DNA of 64,000 bases from a virus: the IMG/VR virus record IMGVR_UViG_3300036770_002724, positions 75,037-139,036 of that record; one strand, written 5' to 3'. The translations under genes were made by a program, and so were the position numbers. Below are positions 37,569-47,700 of this stretch, one piece after another. Below the pieces are notes generated by a model. The model was not told the DNA's origin. It was given only the letters and a program-made list of their open reading frames with translations, and searched no databases. Position 1 is the stretch's first letter. Each line of letters opens with the position of its first letter.

Positions 37569-37607
37569 AGCTTCTTACCCGGTCATGTTTGATCAGAAAC
37601 TGAGATT

Positions 37608-38195
37608 TCACCCCGCCTTCTTTTTCAAGATGAGGGGGCGAGTGAGGTCTCCCGGACGCAATACCAAGAAATCCGTGCTGCCGTCAATTTGAAGAAAGTC
37701 CGCAGACCTCAGAAGCCCCTCTTCCCAGCAGGCTTGTACGACAAGCTGGTTTTCCATGATTGGGAGTCCTGCCCAGGTTTTGATGTCCATCCCGCTAGGG
37801 ATCATCGTCCTGGTGCGGGAGAGCCACGGGGCGATCAGACGGTCGTCCCTCACGACGATGCTATGCTGGGATGATCGTATGACGCTTCCAGGTCTCAATC
37901 TGAGGTCGTTGCGAAACGAAAGCGGGGTTTCTACGGAAACCCGAATGTCCTCTTCCACCCAGTTCAGTTCGACTTGTGTGTCCCGGAACTTCGGTACACA
38001 CAGCCGCACATGGATCTGGTGCATTTCAGCCAGCCTGCTTGGGGCCGTGGCTGATGCGACATAGGCGTGGACTTCCAAGGCTTCGATCTGGTGAAGAACT
38101 TGGATGACTGCCAGAGGGAAAAGCGTTGTCAGGTAGTTGATGACCGTCTTCGTCCGTTCCAGGGCAACGGCTTCCTTCTGTTCGGCAGGTGTCAT
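37608..38195 (-). CDS. Hypothetical protein
   Basis: ATGA coupling with upstream gene. Confidence 0.6.
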   Translation of the reverse strand: MTPAEQKEAVALERTKTVINYLTTLFPLAVIQVLHQIEALEVHAYVASATAPSRLAEMHQIHVRLCVPKFRDTQVELNWVEEDIRVSVETPLSFRNDLRLRPGSVIRSSQHSIVVRDDRLIAPWLSRTRTMIPSGMDIKTWAGLPIMENQLVVQACWEEGLLRSADFLQIDGSTDFLVLRPGDLTRPLILKKKAG

Positions 38196-38464
38196 GGGAT
38201 TTCTTCCGAACGGATCCGGGCTGCCAGGTCCGACCAGACCTTGTGGTCTTCGGGCCAGCCCAGCGTCTTACCGACACGGGTTCGCATCTCAAGCTCCTCT
38301 TCGATCTCGCGCATGACTTGGAGCCTCATGTCTCGGCTCAAGCAGCCCCGGTATCGCGCGTACATCTCCGCGCAAAGAGTCGGCATGTAGGTCGCCCTGC
38401 CCATCGAATACCGGATCGTCGAGAGGAGCATGACCCAGAGGTCTTCCAGCGGAACTTCGTTCAT
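38192..38464 (-). CDS. Small hypothetical protein
   Basis: LLSTIRYSMGRATYMP pattern common in phage small proteins. Confidence 0.6.
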   Translation of the reverse strand: MNEVPLEDLWVMLLSTIRYSMGRATYMPTLCAEMYARYRGCLSRDMRLQVMREIEEELEMRTRVGKTLGWPEDHKVWSDLAARIRSEEIP

Positions 38465-38502
38465 TGGAGCGGGTTTCCTTCCGTCAGTGGGGAAGCGTCG
38501 GT

Positions 38503-39465
38503 CTAGGACGAGGGCTTCGACTCCCAGGAGTATGCCTCCTGACCGTGGATCGCTACGCGAGCGGAGACCTTCTGGTCCTCTTGCGGACCCGGACTCGCTT
38601 CGTATTGCTTGTGCGCCTCGCAACAAGCCGCGAACTCTGCCTCCAAGACTTCGAGTCGAGGCTTGGGGTCGAATCCGTCCAGACGCCTGACCATATCCTT
38701 GAACTTGTGCTCGTAGTGGAAACGTCGTCCCGCGATGCGAAGGGCCAGGACGAGACGGTTTTCCGGCGTCATCTCTCGCTGAAGCCTCCAAGCGTCCCAC
38801 TCCATGATCTCGGCCAGGTCCGAGTCGACCATCGGTCGAGACAGATCGTGGTGGATGTGTTCCTCGACGAAAAAGGTCCGGACGGGATCGTTCTGGTCTA
38901 CTCCGTAGAGAGCCGCGACAATCCGGTGAAGGACGTAGGCTTTCGTGAACGCCTCGCTCTTCCTGAAAAAGCCGTAGCAGGCCCCCTGTAGATCCGCTAC
39001 GACCTTGTCGAGCCGGGAAAGCTCGCGAAGGAAATCGTCGTCGTATCGACGCAAGGCGTAAGACAGACTCTCCGATAGCGCGAATACGTCGTAAACGATC
39101 TTACAGACCCGCCCCTCCCGATCCTGGGCGATCAGGGACGACACGCTAAGACCGTCGAAGACGGGATCGTACTCCCGACAAGAGTCTTCGTTTCGCGAAT
39201 CGGAGATGTTCCGAAGGATCGCGGCGCTCCAAGGACCGTTCGGGGCCACGACATCGTTCGAGGCGTCCCCCCCGAAGATCCAGAACCCCGAGTGCCGGTG
39301 GTGTCCGATGAAGGCGTACCAGAGCTTGTCGGCTTCCTTTCGGATCGCCTTGAAGTCGGCCCTCTGATGAGAGGGGATCTTGATCCCCGTCGTGTCGAGG
39401 CAATCCTTGATCTGGCGGATCACCTCGTAGATGTTGGAGGTCCGCTCCTCGTTTGACAGCCCCAT
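38503..39465 (-). CDS. Hypothetical helical protein (320 aa)
   Basis: Long ORF with natural composition. Confidence 0.7.
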   Translation of the reverse strand: MGLSNEERTSNIYEVIRQIKDCLDTTGIKIPSHQRADFKAIRKEADKLWYAFIGHHRHSGFWIFGGDASNDVVAPNGPWSAAILRNISDSRNEDSCREYDPVFDGLSVSSLIAQDREGRVCKIVYDVFALSESLSYALRRYDDDFLRELSRLDKVVADLQGACYGFFRKSEAFTKAYVLHRIVAALYGVDQNDPVRTFFVEEHIHHDLSRPMVDSDLAEIMEWDAWRLQREMTPENRLVLALRIAGRRFHYEHKFKDMVRRLDGFDPKPRLEVLEAEFAACCEAHKQYEASPGPQEDQKVSARVAIHGQEAYSWESKPSS

Positions 39466-39491
39466 ATGATCCTCTGATCCTCAGATCGCGA

Positions 39492-39638
39492 TCAGCGAAG
39501 GAAAGGCCCGACCTCGTAGGCGAGGAGGCAGGCCACGGCTACGGCCAGCCCCAGCAGGGCAGACAAAGCCATGTTGAGGAGGACCGGCTCGCGGTCCTCG
39601 ACCTCGATCTTCGACTGGCGGTTCATGTGGCGGTTCAT
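39492..39638 (-). CDS. 48-aa single-TM protein (absent from ORF track)
   Basis: GGAG RBS; MNRHMNRQSKIEVEDREPVLLNMALSALLGLAVAVACLLAYEVGPFLR. Confidence 0.6.
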   Translation of the reverse strand: MNRHMNRQSKIEVEDREPVLLNMALSALLGLAVAVACLLAYEVGPFLR

Positions 39639-39678
39639 GGTCGCTCTCTCCTTACTCGATCTGGGGGTGGAAGGGATG

Positions 39679-39701
39679 GGGGCGGGAGCACATCCCGCCC
39701 C
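39679..39701 (-). terminator. GC-rich hairpin downstream of 39708-40139
   Basis: GGGGCGGGA / TCCCGCCCC stem. Confidence 0.45.
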
Positions 39702-39707
39702 TCCGTC

Positions 39708-40139
39708 TCAGTAGTCGTCGCCGCTGCTCCAGCGTGCTTCCAGGGCGCACGAGTAGCCCTTCGCCTTCGCTGCCCGCTCCTTGGCGGCGTAGGCGAACTC
39801 CTCCGCCACCGCTTCGGCGGCGTTGACCCACGCGGCGGGGGTCACGTCGCCGTCCATGCGGCGGCGGCAGAGGGTCTCAAACCCCCGCGCCGACCGCACC
39901 CCGGAGGCCAGGGCCTCCGCCCGGAAGGTCGCGAACGCCTTCCGGTACTGGAGTCGGACGTGCTCCGAGATCCCCTCAAAGTCGTCCGACTCCGGGTGGA
40001 ACTTGTCACCTGCGTTGTGCAGGTGGCACGGGTCCACCGAGTCAAAGTCTGAGACGGCCCAGCCGTGACCCCGGCAAGGGCAGCGGGCGGGGTTCATTTC
40101 CGCCCAGTTACGCGAGTCAACTTCCTGCCAGATTTCCAT
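39708..40139 (-). CDS. Cys/His-containing hypothetical protein under class A motif
   Basis: CPCRGHGW...PCHLH; GGAGG RBS. Confidence 0.7.
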   Translation of the reverse strand: MEIWQEVDSRNWAEMNPARCPCRGHGWAVSDFDSVDPCHLHNAGDKFHPESDDFEGISEHVRLQYRKAFATFRAEALASGVRSARGFETLCRRRMDGDVTPAAWVNAAEAVAEEFAYAAKERAAKAKGYSCALEARWSSGDDY

Positions 40140-40160
40140 GATTGCCTCCCTACACCATAG

Positions 40161-40191
40161 CTATCCGCGACCCGGCTCGGTTTAGCCACAA
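40161..40191 (-). promoter_or_regulatory. Class A motif copy 2
   Basis: TTGTGGCTAAAC-N13-GGATAG; 21 nt to ATG with its own GGAGG. Confidence 0.8.
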
Positions 40192-40249
40192 AAGTGATGC
40201 AGGGTTTTCCGGCAGCAGGTTTCTTATCTAGCGGGTGGTACAGTTGAGC

Positions 40250-40768
40250 ATGAGCGACTTCGAGCAAGCCCTTGCCTTGACCCTTCAGTTTGAGGGTGGC
40301 TATTCCAACCATCCCAAGGATCCGGGGGGCGCCACGATGAAGGGTGTCACGCAGCGGGTTTTCGACAAGTACTGCACGGACAACCGGATTCCTCATCGGG
40401 ACGTCCGCACGATCACGGACGACGAGGTGGAGGACATCTACCTCAACCGCTACTGGATTCCGGCGAAGTGCATGTTGTTTTCTTGGCCCCTCAACGCGGC
40501 CATCTTCGACTTCGCGGTGAACTCGGGGGTCTCTCGGGCCATCATCGAGCTTCAGCGATGTGTCGGGGTCAAGACGGACGGGATCTTCGGTCCCGTCACG
40601 AAGAAAGCGGCGACTCAGATGGACCAGACGAAGCTCGTCGGTCAGTATCTCGACGCGCGCGTGGCTTTCCTGGAGGTCATTATGAAGCAGAACCCGGCGC
40701 TCGAAGCCTTTAGGAAGGGCTGGATGCGTCGGGTCGCTACGCTTCGGAAGGGGCTTTTGGGGAAGTGA
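40250..40768 (+). CDS. GH108 lysozyme-family endolysin with peptidoglycan-binding C-terminus
   Basis: EGGYSNHPKDPGGAT..GVT; FDFAVNSG; F.KGWMRR. Confidence 0.92.
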   Translation: MSDFEQALALTLQFEGGYSNHPKDPGGATMKGVTQRVFDKYCTDNRIPHRDVRTITDDEVEDIYLNRYWIPAKCMLFSWPLNAAIFDFAVNSGVSRAIIELQRCVGVKTDGIFGPVTKKAATQMDQTKLVGQYLDARVAFLEVIMKQNPALEAFRKGWMRRVATLRKGLLGK

Positions 40769-41297
40769 TGTTCGCGGCCTTACGTTCCATGCGCCGGGCT
40801 CGAAGGCTCTTTTTCAGTTCGTCGAACAACGCCCACAGGTGAGGGTCATGGGGTTTACGGACTTGCTCAAGGACATCTTCGACGGTGGCTTCGGGCAAGG
40901 CTTTCTTCAAGTGGGAGAGGCACTTCTGGTAGAAGACGTAGAGGATTCCTCGGGGCTGCGCCGACCATCCCAGAGCCTCCACCACGTCCAGGGAGTCTCC
41001 GGCAGCCATGATCGTCTGGGCGATGACCTCGGGAGCGATGATCGCCCCCTCGTAGATCGTAGGGAACAGGGGTGTCCAGGAGCCTTCGTCGGCGTTTGAT
41101 GTCAGATAGTTCGCCCCTTGGCATATCCAAAATAGCTGGTCCTCAAGGGGGAAAAGGCTGACCGGGGGCCAGCCTTCGGGCAAGGCATTGGTGGACGCTT
41201 TCGGGCGGTCGTGTCGAAGGTTCCGTTGCTTTTCGAGTCTTTTGCGTCGGGACGTTTTCTTTTCGTCCGCCCGTTTATCTCGTCTCGTTTTGGTCAT
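40737..41297 (-). CDS. Hypothetical protein with basic N-terminus
   Basis: MTKTRRDKRADEKKTSRRKRLEKQR then globular region. Confidence 0.65.
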   Translation of the reverse strand: MTKTRRDKRADEKKTSRRKRLEKQRNLRHDRPKASTNALPEGWPPVSLFPLEDQLFWICQGANYLTSNADEGSWTPLFPTIYEGAIIAPEVIAQTIMAAGDSLDVVEALGWSAQPRGILYVFYQKCLSHLKKALPEATVEDVLEQVRKPHDPHLWALFDELKKSLRARRMERKAANITSPKAPSEA

Positions 41298-41409
41298 GCC
41301 GAAGAACCTTACCCGCAGACCCTGCAAGCCTCGTTAGACTTCTTATAGCCTCGCTTCAAGTGACGACACGGGTTCGTGTCGATGGACCGATCTCTGGAGG
41401 AAGATTGAC

Positions 41410-42297
41410 ATGAGCAGGTCTCGTTCTCAGATGCTTCGTATGGCGGCTTCGCTCCCTGCGGGGTCTCCGCAGCGGCGTCACATCCTTGACCGCCTTGAGG
41501 CTACTCGTACCGCTTCGCTCTCGAAGCTGGCCGTCTCTGCCGACACCGAGGACTTCATCGAGTGGGTGCTAAAGACCCAGGCACCGATGAAGTCGGATAA
41601 GGTTGAGCGGATCATCGAAATGGCGACCGGGATGACGCCGAAGGCTCCGTCGGCCAAGGCTCCCCGCAAGACCGGCGACCTTTCCGTTGGTGAGACCGTT
41701 CTTGTGGACAGATACAAGAACACCAATCCGGCCAACACGGACGCCTGCGAGCAGTATCACAACCGGGTAGGCATGGTTGAGAGCCTGACCTCTAGTGGTG
41801 TGTCCATCGCGTTTTACCGGGGCGATGCTGAGAATCCGAGCACGGACCTCTCGGGGGACAAGCAGTTCTTTGACGGTCTCGCGACGGGCAAGTCGAGTGG
41901 TCTGTATCGCTGGACCCCGAAGCCCGCTTATGCTTCGGGCGTTGGCGATGGTGAGGGGGGCGGCAAGCGCATCATGTTCGAGCTTGTCTATCTCCGCGAG
42001 GGTCAGGCCGTGGATCGTCGCTCCATCGAGCAGATCGAGAAGTACGTTGAAATGGGTGAGCAGAAGGGCGAGAACCGGAGCCGGGTCTATTACACCGGCC
42101 TGATCGTCAACTTCGCTTACGGCCAGGATGGTTCTATGTACTTCGGTCTTGCCGCCCAGCAGCGAGATCGTCCGACCTTCATCAACCCCTCGAAAGGCAA
42201 GCTCCTCTACATCGCTCCTCTCGGTAAGCGCCCGGCGGGCTGGAAAGCCGAGGCTATCGAGTTGGGGATTCGCACGGACTCTTCGTCGGAGGAGTAG
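41410..42297 (+). CDS. Hypothetical protein with variant N-terminal leader
   Basis: MSRSRSQMLRMAASLPAGSPQRRHILDRLEA resembles the 613/989 leader. Confidence 0.7.
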   Translation: MSRSRSQMLRMAASLPAGSPQRRHILDRLEATRTASLSKLAVSADTEDFIEWVLKTQAPMKSDKVERIIEMATGMTPKAPSAKAPRKTGDLSVGETVLVDRYKNTNPANTDACEQYHNRVGMVESLTSSGVSIAFYRGDAENPSTDLSGDKQFFDGLATGKSSGLYRWTPKPAYASGVGDGEGGGKRIMFELVYLREGQAVDRRSIEQIEKYVEMGEQKGENRSRVYYTGLIVNFAYGQDGSMYFGLAAQQRDRPTFINPSKGKLLYIAPLGKRPAGWKAEAIELGIRTDSSSEE

Positions 42298-42963
42298 TCA
42301 CTCTCTCCCAAGGGAACCGTCCAGCACCCGCCTCACCATCTCCGTCACCCGGTCGATCTCCGACTGCCCGTCCAGGATGACGGGTTTGCAGTCTGGGTGA
42401 AGAAAAGCCCCCAACCGGGCGTCGTCGAGCAAATTGAGATACCTCTGACGGACCCTCTCCAGGATGTCCCGTTGCTCGTAGACCTCGACGTTCGTCCGCA
42501 GGTCGATTCGCTCTGCACTTGTCTTGGGGTCTACATCAAGGACGACCAGGTGCGTCGGTTGAACGGGGAGCTTCGTGTGCAGCGCGTAGAGCCAGTCAAG
42601 GGGCCATTGTTCTTGCTGGTACACAAGGGTCGAGAGGAACGACCGGCAAGAAATGACCGGGCGCCCCTCCGCGAGCGCAGGCAGGATGACCTCGTGCTGA
42701 AGCGCCAGACGGTTTGCAAGAAAAAGGGCTGCGTGGCTCTCGGGATGCCCGCCCGTTTTCAGTAGCTTGCGAAGAAGCTGGCCGAACGGGTTTTTCTCGT
42801 AGGGCTCCTCGACGCGAAGTACGTCGTAGCCTTCCCCGCGCAAGAGCCCGGACAGGCGATACGACTGCGTGGACTTCCCAGAACCGTCCGGGCCTTCGAT
42901 CACAATGTAGACAGGTTTTGAGGTTCGACGGGACACGGCGAACCGTACCCCGTCGGACCTCAA
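42298..42963 (-). CDS. tmk: Thymidylate (dTMP) kinase
   Basis: IVIEGPDGSGKSTQ P-loop; LFLANR; R..LSTLVYQ; VLDVDP. Confidence 0.92.
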   Translation of the reverse strand: MRSDGVRFAVSRRTSKPVYIVIEGPDGSGKSTQSYRLSGLLRGEGYDVLRVEEPYEKNPFGQLLRKLLKTGGHPESHAALFLANRLALQHEVILPALAEGRPVISCRSFLSTLVYQQEQWPLDWLYALHTKLPVQPTHLVVLDVDPKTSAERIDLRTNVEVYEQRDILERVRQRYLNLLDDARLGAFLHPDCKPVILDGQSEIDRVTEMVRRVLDGSLGRE

Positions 42964-42969
42964 AAGTCC

Positions 42970-43323
42970 TCAGTTGGGGATCCCAGCAGGGGTCGGGCGC
43001 AAGCGCCACACGCGGGCATACTGCGCGACGAAGCCCGCAGGGACATCGACGCCCAGATCGTCGAACAGCCCCGTTGCGAGGATGCGCTGGAGGCAATCCT
43101 CGTAGTTGTGGGACCGGACGAAAAAGCACCCCTCGGGCAAGGGCTCATCCGGCAGGTTGACGGTGAGCATCATGTCCGGTTCCCACCAGACTTCACCGTC
43201 TTCCCGCACCTCGACCTCCAATCCCAGGGCAGGACGCCCGTTGGGATAGGCCCCCGTGGTGAACCGGCGAACACCCTGCTCGCCGGGGATCTGGACCTCT
43301 CGGCCCTTCAGGGACTCAAACAT
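42970..43323 (-). CDS. DUF4313-like small protein
   Basis: YPNGRPAL.L...EP...LTVNLP...FV. Confidence 0.55.
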   Translation of the reverse strand: MFESLKGREVQIPGEQGVRRFTTGAYPNGRPALGLEVEVREDGEVWWEPDMMLTVNLPDEPLPEGCFFVRSHNYEDCLQRILATGLFDDLGVDVPAGFVAQYARVWRLRPTPAGIPN

Positions 43324-43472
43324 CACACCCCCTCCTTGGGCCGGACGACCAGCCAATGATGCCCGTCCACGACTTCGTGGACGACCGTGAAACGGGGCGC
43401 CACAGGCGCCTCGTCGCAGTCGGGCTCCATCGCGAGGAGCTGGACTGCGGTGAAGTCGATCTCGTTGCTCAT
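43323..43472 (-). CDS. 49-aa hypothetical, putative leaderless gene
   Basis: ATG 7 nt after class A motif; TGATG coupling to next gene. Confidence 0.65.
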   Translation of the reverse strand: MSNEIDFTAVQLLAMEPDCDEAPVAPRFTVVHEVVDGHHWLVVRPKEGV

Positions 43473-43479
43473 GTCTATC

Positions 43480-43566
43480 CTATCCGCGACCCGACCCCTT
43501 TTAGCCACAATCGGAAAAGGTCGCCCCTTGTCGTTTTGTGGCTAAACCGAGGTCGGTCGAGAGTAG
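43480..43566. promoter_or_regulatory. Divergent pair of class A motifs (copy 3 at 43480-43510 minus; copy 4 at 43536-43566 plus)
   Basis: Both have the fixed N13 spacer; 7 and 10 nt to ATG. Confidence 0.85.
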
Positions 43567-43576
43567 CTAAGGGGAG

Positions 43577-43924
43577 ATGAACATCATCAACCTCACTCCC
43601 CACCCCATCAACCTCCGAGCCGCCGACGGCTCGGACACCATCATCCCCGCTTCGGGGACCGTCGCCCGGGTGACCTCGACCCCGGGCACCGCGACCTCGG
43701 TCGCGGGCGTGCCTGTCCCGGTCTATGGCCGGGACTCCTATGGGGAGGTCACCGGCCTCCCCGCCCCCTCCGAGGGGACCTTCCTGATCGTCTCCGCCCT
43801 CGTGGGCGGGGCGGTCGCCGGGACTCGGGACGATGTCCTGGTCCCGGGCACTGGCCCCGCCGACGGGGCCATCCGCGATGATGCGGGTCGCATCATCGCC
43901 GTGACCCGCCTCAAGCGGGTCTGA
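43577..43924 (+). CDS. NLTPH-motif small protein; putative Crn4-like ring nuclease
   Basis: IINLTPHPI...IPASGTVARV...LPAP..G..LIVS...R.DVLVPG...RD..GRI; family assignment from memory. Confidence 0.5.
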   Translation: MNIINLTPHPINLRAADGSDTIIPASGTVARVTSTPGTATSVAGVPVPVYGRDSYGEVTGLPAPSEGTFLIVSALVGGAVAGTRDDVLVPGTGPADGAIRDDAGRIIAVTRLKRV

Positions 43925-43930
43925 CCCGGC

Positions 43931-43964
43931 ATCCCCATGCAGCCTCCCCCGCCTGCATGGGGAT
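43931..43964. other. Perfect 12-bp hairpin between co-directional genes
   Basis: ATCCCCATGCAG / CTGCATGGGGAT, 10-nt loop, no U tract. Confidence 0.6.
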
Positions 43965-43979
43965 CAAACGGAACCCCCC

Positions 43980-44465
43980 ATGAACATCTTTCACGTTGAC
44001 CGAAGCCCTGTGGTCGCGGCTCAAGCTCTGTGCGACGTCCACGTCGTCAAGATGGTGGTCGAAAGCGCCCAACTCCTTTCGACCGCCCAGCACACGTTCG
44101 GGCTCGCCGCTCCCTACAAGCCGACGCATCGGAAGCATCCCTGCGCGCTATGGGTTCAGGAAGGGGTCGAAAACTACCTCTGGCTCCTCGACCATCTCAA
44201 AGCCCTGTGCGTTGAATACACGGCGCGCTACAAGCGCAAGCACTCCACGGAGCGTCACCTGTGGGACTTGATGCACGTCCCTACTGACATCCCAATCCGG
44301 TGGACATCCCCACCTCAAGCGATGCCCGATCAGTTCAAGCACCATGACCCCGTTCAGGCGTACCGAGCCTACTACCGCCACAAGGCAAAGACCCTGCCCC
44401 GTTTCAGCTACAAGGGACGCCAGCCGCCCGCTTGGCTCTCCGAGGTTCCGGATGCGACCAGATGA
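43980..44465 (+). CDS. Pyrimidine-dimer DNA glycosylase family (endonuclease V-like)
   Basis: MNIF...A..LCD.HVVKM..ESAQLLSTA...YKPTH..HPC..WV...NY.WL. Confidence 0.88.
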   Translation: MNIFHVDRSPVVAAQALCDVHVVKMVVESAQLLSTAQHTFGLAAPYKPTHRKHPCALWVQEGVENYLWLLDHLKALCVEYTARYKRKHSTERHLWDLMHVPTDIPIRWTSPPQAMPDQFKHHDPVQAYRAYYRHKAKTLPRFSYKGRQPPAWLSEVPDATR

Positions 44466-44709
44466 GCGCCAGTCGGGTTCGAGGGTCCGGGTCGTCCAAC
44501 TGCTCTCGACGCAGGGACTCCTGGTCGAGCCTGCCTATCTGGACCAACGCCGATCAGGGGCCGAGGGCGTCCTGGTTCGGGCGCTCCGAGGCAACGCCGA
44601 CTTCTGGTGGGTTCGACATCCTGACGGGTCGATGGCCCCCTACTCCTATCTGGAGGTCCAGCCCCTTGAGCCCCTGGTCTCCGAGGGCTGGGAAGACTCG
44701 CCCCTGTAG
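44452..44709 (+). CDS. Small SH3-like hypothetical protein
   Basis: Overlaps upstream stop; WWVRHPDGSMAPY. Confidence 0.55.
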   Translation: MRPDERQSGSRVRVVQLLSTQGLLVEPAYLDQRRSGAEGVLVRALRGNADFWWVRHPDGSMAPYSYLEVQPLEPLVSEGWEDSPL

Positions 44710-44767
44710 ACGACGCGGGTATCTTTCATCCTGTGAACCGTTACGACGGTAAACACAGGGCAGCTAG

Positions 44768-47700
44768 ATGAAGACCGCCGTTTTCTTTGTCGCCACGACG
44801 TACCGGCCCACGCTTCTTCGACAATCCTTGAAGCGGCTCACGAGGCAACGGGGCGTCCCTTCCGATTGGAGGATCGAGGTCCATGTCGCTGGCGAGCCCG
44901 GAGATCCAGGAAAGGGGGTCGTATCGAATCACCCAGGGACTTTCTACCACGATGTCGGTAGCAGGTCGGTCACGGACAAGCTCAACTCGCTTCTGGTAGC
45001 CACCAAAAGCGATCTGGTGATGCTCGCGGACGATGACGACATCCAGTCATGGGATCGAGCGGCAGAAGCTATCAAAGCCTACGAGAACGGAGCGGAGTGG
45101 TCCTGTTCGGGGACGTGTCTCTACTACGATCTTCACCACGATCTGTTGACCCGGTGGACCGGGGTGTCCGCCGAAGGGCTCATCGGGACGATGGCTTCTT
45201 TCGCGACCCCCTTGCTCCAGGCGGTTCGCGGATGGCCCTCGGTGTCTCGCGGCAAGGACGGTCGGTTGGTAGCCCGGATACGGTCGCTCCGGCGTCCTGT
45301 TCGGTTCGCGGATTTGACGGTGGCTCTAGGCAACAAGACGATCTGCCTCCAACACGATAAGAATCTTTGGAACCGCCCCCTTGTCCCTCAAGGGGCAACG
45401 GATCGTCGAGGTCGTCATGCTATCCTGGGCTTGGGGGGAATCGCGAGCAACGTCGCCCTTCTGGGGGAGGACACCGTAAGTCTCTTGACTGAAACGGCGG
45501 GAGAACTCAGGTCCAGAAAAGCCGAAAGCTCTTCCCTCCCGCCGCCTTCTCCATCCCAGCCTCCCCCTCCTATTCCGGCGAGGATTTCTGCCTATCTACC
45601 GAAGGCTCCTGCTCCGTTCCAGGCTCCGGCTCCTCCCTTGTCACCCGCTGTTCTGGAACGACCCCCGCGACCCGCACACCCGAAAGAAAGCCTTGGAACC
45701 GTTTGCGACGTACACGTCGCCATAACGACCTACAATCGTCCGGGTCCGCTTGCGGATCTTCTGAAGGACCTTGTTCGGGAGCGCGGGGATCGAAAGGTCC
45801 ACGTCGTCATCTACGACGATGGAAGCGATCAGGATTACAGCGAAGTGCGCGCTTTCGCTATTTCCCAAGGGTGGTTGTTCCGTAGGTCGGATTCCAATCG
45901 GGGCAAGAAAGGCTACTACAGGACGGTGTCCGAGGCTCTGAAGGAAGCAGAGCGGAGTCAGACAGATCGCTTCCTGTTCATACAGGACGATATGCGCTTG
46001 TGTGCCGATTTCTTTAGTCGGGTCTTTGACTTGTGGGACCAGATCCAAGACCCCAAAAAAGTCTCGCTCTATCTTCTCAGGGACAGTAACAGGTCCGAGA
46101 TCGGGACCGTCTGCTGGACTGGGTTTCGGTCCCGGGTCGAAGGTCCCGTCGAACGAACCCAATGGGTAGACTGCAACGCTTTCCTTTTCAACCGGGACTT
46201 CTTGGATGTCCTGGGCGCGGAGCTTCGACCCATACCGGAAAGCCGTTGGCTCAAAGGCGACGTCTTGTCCTCGGGTGTCGGCCAACAACTCAGCCTTCGT
46301 CTTCACCACGCCGGGAGGGGGCTCTACCGGAGTCTCTTGTCCTACGTCTCTCATTCCGAGGGTCCGTCTAGGATGAACCCGAAGATCCGAAAGAGGGTTC
46401 CGATGACGACAGAGTCCTTCGCAGACGAGAAAGTTGTTCAGAAGGCCCGCTACTCGGATAAAGTTACGGCCCCGGCCCTACCGGAAGCTGGACGAAAGTC
46501 GCTTCCTTCCGCCCAGACTGTCTCGGTCTTGATTGCCGCCTACAGGGCCGACAAGTGGCTGATCGAATCCGTGAATAGCGTTCTGAGCCAAGAACTTCCT
46601 CCTGGCTGGAATCTGGAAGTCCTCGTAGGGGTGGACGGTTGCCCGGAGACGCTCGCCGTCGCTCAGACTATTGAGGACAGGCGGTTTGGCGTGGTTTCCT
46701 TCCCGGTAAATAGCGGGACTTACGTCACCTTCAACTCCCTCGTTCCCTTGTCCAGAGGCTCTATTCTTGTACGTCACGATGCGGATGACGTGATGCTTCC
46801 GACGCGCCTGCACAAGATGATCAGAGCGTTCGAGGACCCGGAGGTGGGCCGCGTAACGACGTGGGTCGCGGAAAAAAATGTATACCCTGAGCCTCTTATA
46901 GAGTCCCCCTCTAAGGGCCGCAAAATACGCGACGGAACGTGGTCTTACCGTCGAGATGTCTTTGAGAATCTTCTCGGAGGTTTCCTACCTTGGAGGTGTG
47001 CGGCAGACACGGAAATGGATCTCAGGTCTCGTTCTTTGGGGGTCAAGTCGCACATAGTGTGTGAATACTTATATCTTCGACGTTCGCATCCCGGCCAACT
47101 CACTCAGACTGAAGAAACGGGCTACGGAAGCGCCCTTCGGAAAGACTACGCGAAGCGTATAGACGAATTGATAATAGAATACGCGGCGAATAAGCCTAAG
47201 CCCGTCGTCCCCACCAGAGTTGAGGGGGTCAGGCTTGGGGGCTTGTTCTCCGACAAGATCACAGCCTCGATGGCTTCGATCCCCGGTCGTCGCGAAGGGC
47301 TTGAAAAGGTTGTCCGAAGCCTGCTCCCGCAGGTCGATCACCTGAACGTCTACCTGAATGAGACCCCTTCGATTCCGGGGATTGAGTATCCGCACACCCC
47401 GGATTTCTTGAGACACCCTAAGATCACGGCGATCTGGTCACGGGATACGCCGTTCGGAGATAGAGGGGATGCCGGGAAGTTCTACTGGGCGGATGAGGTC
47501 CAGGGTTACCACGTCATCTGCGACGACGACCTCCTATACCCTTCAGACTTCGTTGAGACGTTGATCGCGGGTGTCGAAAGGTACGGTCGAAAGGCTGCGG
47601 TCGGGTTCCACGGGGCCGTGCTTACCGAACCTTTCACCGAATACTACAGGTCGCGCCGGGTTTACCACTTTCAGCGATCCCTCGACGCCGACGCTCCCGT

